Source of the DNA: Eledone cirrhosa
Lineage: Eukaryota
Length of the DNA stretch: 64,000 bases
NCBI GenBank assembly: GCA_964016885.1
Contig: OZ024743.1
Span: 95,418,001-95,482,000 of the forward strand
Direction of reading: 5' to 3'
Of this stretch, positions 56,738 to 64,000 are shown one piece after another (the first letter of the stretch is position 1; the number at the start of each line of letters is the position of its first letter). Made by a program: the position numbers and the translations under genes. Under the pieces are notes generated by a model that was not told where the DNA came from, did not search any database, and saw only the letters and a program-made list of their open reading frames with translations.

Positions 56738-56978
56738 ATGTATACATGTATATTTATGTATGTACGTCCCGGCGAGGGACATGCATCTTTAGATAAATAT
56801 ATGTGTTTCTGCTATTGTTTAGTTCCAAGTTGTTGGCTGAGTAAGTTTCTAAACATAGACATCCCAGCCATGACCGCCCAGACACGACTTTTATTCAGAC
56901 ATAATGTATTTTGAACATTCAATATACCTCGTATGTTGAAAGGTGAATTGACAGAAGGGTGAGAGTCCCACTACTTAC

Positions 56979-57063
56979 CTCTGCTTCCTTCACAATCAGA
57001 TGGGACACCATACTTGTTTTGTCTCTCCACCTTCTGCCGCCGCCTGTCACCGTACGATGACAT
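56979..57063 (-). CDS. candidate first coding exon of an unknown gene
   Basis: ATG at 57063, MSSYGDRRRQKVERQNKYGVPSDCEGSR, then consensus donor AG|GTAAGT; no homology recognised. Confidence 0.25.
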
Positions 57064-57133
57064 TTCCGCTAGTATCAGAAATGCGAAAGACCAGCCGATA
57101 CATAGTTTCCTTTGATCGCTGAACTTTCTCTTC

Positions 57134-58196
57134 AATCATCATCATCATCATAATAATAATCATCATTGTCGTGGTTGTGGTCGTGGTGGTGGTCGTGGTG
57201 CTGGTGGTGGTCGTGGTGGTGCTGGTGGTGATGGTGGTGGTGGTCGTGGTGGTCGTGGTGGTCGTGGTGGTGGTGATGGTGGTGGAGGTGGTGGTGGTCG
57301 TGGTGGTGGTGGTGGTGGTGGTCGTCGTCGTCGTGGTGGTGGTGGTGGTCGTCGTCGTCGTCGTGGTGGTGGTGGTGGTGGTGGTCGTGGTGGTCGTGGT
57401 GGTCGTGGTGGTGGTGGTGGTCGTCGTCGTGGTGGTGGTGGTCGTGGTGGTGGTCGTGGTGGTGGTGGTGGTGGTGGTTGTGGTGGTGGTCGTGGTGCTG
57501 GTGGTGGTCGTGGTGGTGCTGGTGGTGGTGGTGGTGGTAGTGGTGGTCGTGGTGGTCGTGGTGGTGGTGGTGGTGGTGGTGGTGGTGGTGGTGGTGGTGG
57601 TGATGATGGTGATGGTGGTGGTGGTGATGTGGTGGTAATGCGGTGGTGGTGATGGTGGTGGTGGTCGTGGTGGTCGTGGTGGTGGTGGTGGTGGTGGTGG
57701 TGATGGTGGTGATGGTGGTGGTGGTGATGTGGTGGTAATGCGGTGGTGGTGATGGTGGTGGTGGTCGTGGTGGTCGTGGTGGTGGTGGTCGTGGTGGTGG
57801 TGGTGGTCGTGGTGGTGGTGGTGGTGGTGGTGGTGGTGATGGTGGTGATGGTGGTGGTGGTGATGTGGTGGTAATGCGGTGGTGGTGATGGTGGTGGTGG
57901 TCGTGGTGGTGGTGGTGGTGGTGGTGGTGGTGGTGGTGGTGGTGGTGGTGGTGGTGGTGGTGGTGATGGTGGTGATGGTGGTGGTGGTGATGTGGTGGTA
58001 ATGCGGTGGTGGTGATGGTGGTGGTGGTCGTGGTGGTCGTGGTGGTGGTGGTCGTGGTGGTGGTGGTGGTCGTGGTGGTGGTGGTGGTGGTGGTGATGGT
58101 GGTGATGGTGGTGGTGGTGATGTGGTGGTAATGCGGTGGTGGTGATGGTGGTGGTGGTCGTGGTGGTCGTGGTGGTGGTGGTCGTGGTGGTGGTCG
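57134..58196. repeat. (CAT)n then a degenerate (GGT)n array with higher-order units marked by gatgtggtggtaatgc
   Basis: direct. Confidence 0.96.
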
Positions 58197-58229
58197 GGCA
58201 TGTGTGTGCGCGTGTGCATATAAATGAGT

Positions 58230-58292
<63 letters not shown>

Positions 58293-58490
58293 TATATACA
58301 TGTGGAAGCTTAGTAGAATCGAAGCTTTGGGACAAGCATAGTCGAGCTACAATATGAATGAGTTAGCAAAGCACTCAATCAGGGTAGGTCCTTAGAGTAA
58401 CAACATACACGTTTAAATAGCTTGACAAATTGAACATTGTGGTAGGCAAAACCTAACACACAATACCAAAGTAACGAAAAAACTAACAGG

Positions 58491-58561
<71 letters not shown>

Positions 58562-58574
58562 TAGATAGATAGAT

Positions 58575-60156
58575 TTCTTTATTAGCCACAAGGGCGCAAC
58601 AAGAAAGGGGACAATACAAAGACATGCCGGGGATTTTACATACAGTCGTGTAAAAAATATAAAAACAAACAATTTCAACAATCGAAATCCCCAATAGGGG
58701 GGAGGCGCCACAAATGGGTTGTTTAATACCCCGTCGATAGAACAACCCTCAACTCAAGGAGCGTGTTGTGCAAGTGCTCCTTTCTTCCTTTTGCTCTCTT
58801 CCTCAACCTACAGGCTTATAAACAGAGAAGGCCCAATCACTCGGGCCATTTTCGCTTCATTCACCCACCTTTCAGTAAATTTACTGGGGTGCAGTGCCTC
58901 TCTCTCCACCCTGATTCTCCTTCTAAAGTGATACTTAAAGAAGGGAATCAATTGTTGTCCGGAGAGAAAGGCATCTGTCCTCAGTCCTCTCAACCTCGTC
59001 CACCATATAACTTCTTTCACCATAGCCACCGTACAGAGGAAAACCGCCTCTCTTTCGTTTTTGAAGGAGTCTGGCGGTTTGATCCTTACTATGGACTCGG
59101 CAGTCAACTGTATTTGTCCCATACGCGACAGCAGTTGTTCTGCATAGTTCCACAGGTCGCTTACGCCCGGGCAGTGTACAATTGCGTGCAGAACTGTTTC
59201 AATGTCCTGCGCACATCTTGGACACGTCCTGTTGGAAGGATCCCTGCCAGGGCGTCCGTGTCTGTAGATCTTGTCACGAACCGGTAGAGCTCCTCGGTAG
59301 CACTGCCAGGCCAGGGACCTCTGGAAGTTGTCCATAGGTCCCGGGCGGAAAGTCCTACCAAACATACTGGTGAGCTCATCGTCTTCGACGCCCAGAGTCT
59401 CTCCGAGCACGTCGTCGCCCTTGTAACGTACAATCCCTCTATAGAATGTCGAAGTGGAGTTTCCACTGATTGCTGCGCCCGCTTGCCAGAGGACTGTGAG
59501 CGCCTGAGCGCATTCAATGTGCCAGGCGCCCATCGTTTTCGGTCTTTTCTTCACCCAGGACTGCAGCTCCGTTAGCGAGACGAGCTGTGGGAAAGCCTGT
59601 CTCACAAACGGTGCCCACACCGGTTGGGGGTCGGTGAGGAATACCTGGAGATGCCGCAGCCTCAGCGCATGTTTGCGCATCATCAGCCACGGCATCCCCA
59701 GCCCTCCGTTGGAAGGATGCTGACAGCAGACGGATCTCCTCACCAGCGGAGCCTGCTTCTTCCACAGAAACTGGAAGAGCATGCGTTCCATCTTGGCGAG
59801 GTGTTCACGGGGACAAGGCACGACAGTCAAGCGGTAGTAGATGACGGACGCTATGAAAGTGTTCGCCACCTCCGCTCGACCTTTCAAGGACAGTTTGCAC
59901 TCTGCCCACTTCTGAGTGAGTGCAAACACCTTGGCCGTGACCTCGTTCCAGTTTTTCTCCACCTGGAGGTCTGGACCGAACCAGACGCCGAGCAATTTCA
60001 CCGGTCCGTCCGTCCAGCGTCCAACGACGCTGTCGGATGTCATCGGTTTGCCTCTCCACGTACCGAGTTGCAAACCGACAGACTTGTCTGGGTTTAGTTT
60101 TGCTCCCGTCAGCGTTTCGTATTCTTTCAGTATGTTGCCGATCATCCCGATTTCCG
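58575..60156 (-). mobile_element. 5'-truncated Tx1-clade (L1 group) non-LTR element, copy 1, bounded by (GATA)n
   Basis: ORF 58808..60145: GAKLNPDKS, VKLLGVWF, LSLKGRA, GGLG, CPRC..ETVLHAIVHC. Confidence 0.92.
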
Positions 60157-60158
60157 AT

Positions 60159-60205
<47 letters not shown>

Positions 60206-60206
60206 T

Positions 60207-60594
60207 GTTTCTTTTATTTGCCACTAGGGCATCAAAAGTGGGACAAGTACAAAGGGGGGAGTTTACACAAAAAGGCGTCCTCAATAAGGAGGAGGCAATA
60301 ACAAAATATAAAAATAAAATAAGATATAACAAAAAATAAAATTTTTAACAAAATCCTCAATAGAGAGGAGGCGCCTTGGGGGGTCGCACACACCCCCGAA
60401 AAAAGTGTGCAACCCTTCTCCTCAGGAGCACAGAGAAGGGGTGCTCCCTTGGTCTTTCATCTTCCTCACCTATAGTCTGATATAGAGTGAAGGCCCATTT
60501 ACACGGGCCATTCTCGCCACTTTCACCCATCTTTCATAGAAACGGCTGGGGTGCAGCACCTCTCTCTCCATCCTGATCCTTCTTCCGAAATGAT
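60207..60594 (-). mobile_element. short 3' fragment of a Tx1 element, copy 2, bounded by (GATA)n
   Basis: encodes HFGRRIRMEREVLHPSRFYERWVKVARMARVNGPSLY plus 3'UTR ending gtggcaaataaaagaa. Confidence 0.9.
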
Positions 60595-60620
60595 ATATAG
60601 ATAGATAGATAGATAGATAA

Positions 60621-63600
60621 ATTTCTATTTATTTGCCACGAGGGCACAAAAGAAGGGGACATTTACACAGTGGGGGAGTTTACATAAATCGAGTAAAGAA
60701 AAAAAGGAATAACAATAATAATATAACAATAAAAGTCCTCAAAAGGGAGGGGGCGTGTTGGGGATTGCACATACCCCCGAAAAGTGTGCAACTCTTTTCG
60801 CGGGGGAAGCCCAGAGAGGAGGCGCTCCCCCTTTCCTCTTCACTTCTTCACCTACAGAACAATGTAGAGAGAAGGCCCATTTACACGGGCCATTCTCGCT
60901 TCTTTCACCCACCTTTCATAAAACTGTCTGGGACCAAGCACTTCTCTCTCCATCCTGATTCTTCTTCCGAAGTGGTATCGGAAGAAGTAAACCAGGTGAT
61001 GGCCGGAGAGAAAGTCACCCGACCTCAGACCTTTCAGGCGCGTCCACCACACAACCTCTTTCATCATGGCTATTACGCACAGAAAGACCGCCTCTGCTTC
61101 ATTTCTGAAGGGAGGAGGCGGCTTGATGTTCACCACAGACTCGGCGGTTAATCGAATCGGCGCCACACGCGACAGCAGTCGTTCGACGTAGCCCCACAGA
61201 TCGGCAACGCCCGGGCAGTGTACCAGTGCATGCGCAACGGTTTCCTCGTCGCGCACGCATCTGGGACAGATCTTTTTCGCGGGATCCCTGCCCGGGCGCC
61301 CGTGTCTGTAGAGCTTTTCTCGAACGGGCAGAGCCCCCCGGTAACACTGCCAGGCTAGGGACCTCTGGAAGTTGTCCATGGGTCCCGGGCCGAAAGTTCT
61401 ACCGAACAGGCTGGCCAGTTCGTCCTCCTCCATGCCTAGCGACTCTCCAAGGGTGTCGTCGCCCCTGCTAGCCACCAACCCTCTATAGAATGTTGAGGTG
61501 GATTCTCCACTGACAGTCGGGTCCGCTTGCCAGATAGCCGTGAGCGCCTGGGCACACTCAGTGTGCCAGTTGCCCAGTTTTCTCGGTCTTTGCTTCACCC
61601 AGGATTGCAGTTCGGTGAGCGAGACGAGCTGTGGGAAGGCTCGCCTCACAAACGGGGCCCACACCGGCTGACCGTTGAGGAATACCTGTAGATGCCGTAG
61701 CCTCAATGCGTGCCTACGCATCAACAGCCACGGCATACCCAGCCCTCCTTTCGAAGGGTGCTGGCAGCAGATGGATCTCCTCACCATGGGAGGCCGCTTC
61801 TTCCAGAGGAACTGGAAGAGCATGCGTTCCATGATGGTGAGCTTTTCCTTGGGGCAAGGCACGACGGTCAGGCGGTAGTAGATGACGGACGCTATGTAAG
61901 CGTTCGTCACCTCCGCCCGACCTTTCAGTGATAGTTTGCACTTGGCCCACTTCTGGGTCAGCGCAAACACCCTGCTCGTCACCTCGCCCCAATTCTTCTC
62001 CACCTGGAGGTCCGGTCCGAACCAGACCCCGAGCAGCTTCACCGGGCCCTCCGTCCACCGCCCGACGACACCGTCTAACGGCATCGGTTTGCCCCTCCAC
62101 GTTCCGAGTTGCAAACCGACTGACTTGTCCTGGTTCAGCTTAGCCCCCGTCAGCCTTTCGTATTCCTCCAGTAGGGTGGCGATCGCCCCGATTTCCGAGG
62201 CGTCCGCCACCATTACTGTTACGTCGTCGGCATAGGCCGAGACCGCTTTGTGCAATCCCGGTTCCAGGGGTATGCCCCGCAGCAACTCCAACTTCCGCAG
62301 CAGTGGCTCGAGAGTCAATACGTACAGAAGGGAGGAGAGGGGGCGCCCCTGTCTGATGGATCGGGTGATTTGAAACGGCTCCGAGAGGTAGCCGTTTACT
62401 TTAATCCTAGAGTAGATGTTGCCACTGTGCATGGCAGAAATCCAGCCCCTGAAAACGGGTCCGAAGCCCGCCGCCGCTAGCACCGCATCCAGGTAACCAT
62501 GGTCGACCCTATCGAACGCCTTAGATTGATCCAAGTTGATCAGGGCCCCACCAAAGCCGGGTTCGTAGCCAACCCTCTCTATGATGTATCGCATGAGGTG
62601 GAGGTTGTCGTGAATGGACCTGGACGGGATAGCGCATGTCTGCGCGTCTCCCACTAAACCACCCACCACAAGCGCCAACCTCTTCGCCAACACCTTGGCC
62701 AAAATCTGTAACTCTGCATTCAGCAGAGTTATGGGCCTAAAGTTACTTAAGTCGTCCCCCTTGCTCTCGTCCTTCCTCACTAGCGTGACCACGCCCTTGG
62801 TCACAGAACAGGGAATTCTCCCGTTCTGTTGCCAGTTGCAATAGACAGCCTCGAGGAGTTCGGAGAACAAGACCGGCATAGCTAAATAAAGTTCGTATGG
62901 TAGACCATCGAGACCCGGGGATTTGCGTCTGCTGCATTGGCTGAGCGCTTCCCCGATTTCAGTGGCTGTGATTGGCCCTTCGCAGCACTCCGCTTCGCCG
63001 CTCGAAAGACGCGGTAGACCGTCGAGGTATGGACCGAAGTCCACATCCCCGTCCGGCCCCCCGCCACCTCCGAACAGTCGAGCAAAGTGCCTTTGAAAGG
63101 TCTCGCACATTCGCTCAGGTTCAAGGATCACCCGTCCATCCTGGTCTCGCAAAGACCGAATGGTGGATTTAATCCCACTCTTGGCTTCTGTCACGCGGGC
63201 CCAGCTAACAGCTTTGGTCCCCTCGTTTCCTAAAGCACGTATTTTACTTCGGACAACGCAGCCTTCGTGCTTCGCGTCAAAGAACTGGCTCAATGCCGTT
63301 CTCGTCGCTAACACTCTGGCTACGTCTCCGCTCCTAATCGCCTCTTCTAGTTTATCTGTTAACTCCCTTTCCCTCCTATTTCTATTCGCCGCTAGTTCCT
63401 TACTGTAACCTATCGAACTTACTCTAATCTCTCTCTTTAGAGATATCCACCACCTACTGTTGACGATCGCTCCCGTCAACCGCATCTTAACTAAGCTACT
63501 AATCCGGTTTCTGTAATCTTTCTTTGTCGGTAAGGACAAATTCATCTTCCAGTAACCGGGACCCTGTCTATGCGTTCTATCAAGGTTGACCACGCAGGTC

Positions 63601-64000
63601 ACTAATTTGTGATCTGAATAGCCAACCATGATCAGTTCTGGACAACTAAATACGTCCCTATCCTTACTCCTAACCAAAAACCTATCTAGGTACGATCTAG
63701 ATTGTCCACTGCGGTTTGCCCAGGTCCAGGTTGGCGCAGTTGGACAATCTAGTCGAAATCTATCGACCAGGTCGAATCGATCGAGTAACCCCTTGAGGCT
63801 GCTACACCCCCCTCTATCGGGACATGCCCCTGCATAGTCCCAACGCGCATCTAGGATTCCATTCCAGTCCCCCACTAAAAGCAGGGAACGCGACGTTCCT
63901 AGAAAAGTCTCCAGACGTTGGAAGAAGTCGGCTCTCTCCGCCCCGAAGGGAGCATAAAGACCGACCAGTCTGAAAGCCCCGCCTTCACCACCTCCGACGT
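60621..64000 (-). mobile_element. Tx1-clade non-LTR element, copy 3, continuing beyond the window
   Basis: APE-RT-CCHC ORF2 with 3'UTR joined to (TATC)n. Confidence 0.95.
60852..64000 (-). CDS. Tx1-type ORF2 (AP endonuclease + reverse transcriptase + CCHC), N-terminus outside window
   Basis: LYAP, VGDWN, SYLDRF, YSDH, KSPGLDGL, FRPITLLN, LDQSKAFDRVDH, QGRPLSS, AYADDV, CPRC..ETVAHALVHC; frame open to the window edge. Confidence 0.93.
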   Translation of the reverse strand, partial: VGGGEGGAFRLVGLYAPFGAERADFFQRLETFLGTSRSLLLVGDWNGILDARWDYAGACPDRGGCSSLKGLLDRFDLVDRFRLDCPTAPTWTWANRSGQSRSYLDRFLVRSKDRDVFSCPELIMVGYSDHKLVTCVVNLDRTHRQGPGYWKMNLSLPTKKDYRNRISSLVKMRLTGAIVNSRWWISLKREIRVSSIGYSKELAANRNRRERELTDKLEEAIRSGDVARVLATRTALSQFFDAKHEGCVVRSKIRALGNEGTKAVSWARVTEAKSGIKSTIRSLRDQDGRVILEPERMCETFQRHFARLFGGGGGPDGDVDFGPYLDGLPRLSSGEAECCEGPITATEIGEALSQCSRRKSPGLDGLPYELYLAMPVLFSELLEAVYCNWQQNGRIPCSVTKGVVTLVRKDESKGDDLSNFRPITLLNAELQILAKVLAKRLALVVGGLVGDAQTCAIPSRSIHDNLHLMRYIIERVGYEPGFGGALINLDQSKAFDRVDHGYLDAVLAAAGFGPVFRGWISAMHSGNIYSRIKVNGYLSEPFQITRSIRQGRPLSSLLYVLTLEPLLRKLELLRGIPLEPGLHKAVSAYADDVTVMVADASEIGAIATLLEEYERLTGAKLNQDKSVGLQLGTWRGKPMPLDGVVGRWTEGPVKLLGVWFGPDLQVEKNWGEVTSRVFALTQKWAKCKLSLKGRAEVTNAYIASVIYYRLTVVPCPKEKLTIMERMLFQFLWKKRPPMVRRSICCQHPSKGGLGMPWLLMRRHALRLRHLQVFLNGQPVWAPFVRRAFPQLVSLTELQSWVKQRPRKLGNWHTECAQALTAIWQADPTVSGESTSTFYRGLVASRGDDTLGESLGMEEDELASLFGRTFGPGPMDNFQRSLAWQCYRGALPVREKLYRHGRPGRDPAKKICPRCVRDEETVAHALVHCPGVADLWGYVERLLSRVAPIRLTAESVVNIKPPPPFRNEAEAVFLCVIAMMKEVVWWTRLKGLRSGDFLSGHHLVYFFRYHFGRRIRMEREVLGPRQFYERWVKEARMARVNGPSLYIVL

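Noticed and set aside
57047-58357. His-, Pro- or Thr-rich (extensin/mucin-like) proteins
   Set aside because: A (GGT)n array open in all frames, with starts lying in microsatellites.

Overview
AT-rich, microsatellite-saturated animal genomic DNA, not prokaryotic. The SINE, RTE and Penelope content and the (TA)n/(TG)n/(TATG)n density suggest an octopus or other cephalopod (inference). I see no recognisable host gene, only two weak minus-strand exon candidates. Most long ORFs in the track are artefacts of simple or tandem repeats. The real coding sequence is retrotransposon-derived: (1) a near full-length R4/Dong-like RLE non-LTR element in (TAA)n with a tandem 3' copy (8.1-12.5 kb); (2) a Penelope-like GIY-YIG element (13.4-16.2 kb) plus many short Penelope-type 'hairpin + tail' remnants carrying hammerhead-ribozyme folds, mostly in (TA)n; (3) two fragments of a second RLE lineage ending in (CATA)n (52-53.6 kb); (4) three Tx1-clade elements stacked in one (GATA)n tract (58.6-64 kb); (5) five copies of a ~600-bp RTE-like non-autonomous element with (TATG)n tails; (6) tRNA-SINEs whose TSDs all start with ATTATT. 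There are also four large tandem arrays (29, 39/41, 25/33 and 68-70 bp units). The most notable pattern is that each retroelement lineage is associated with a different microsatellite.
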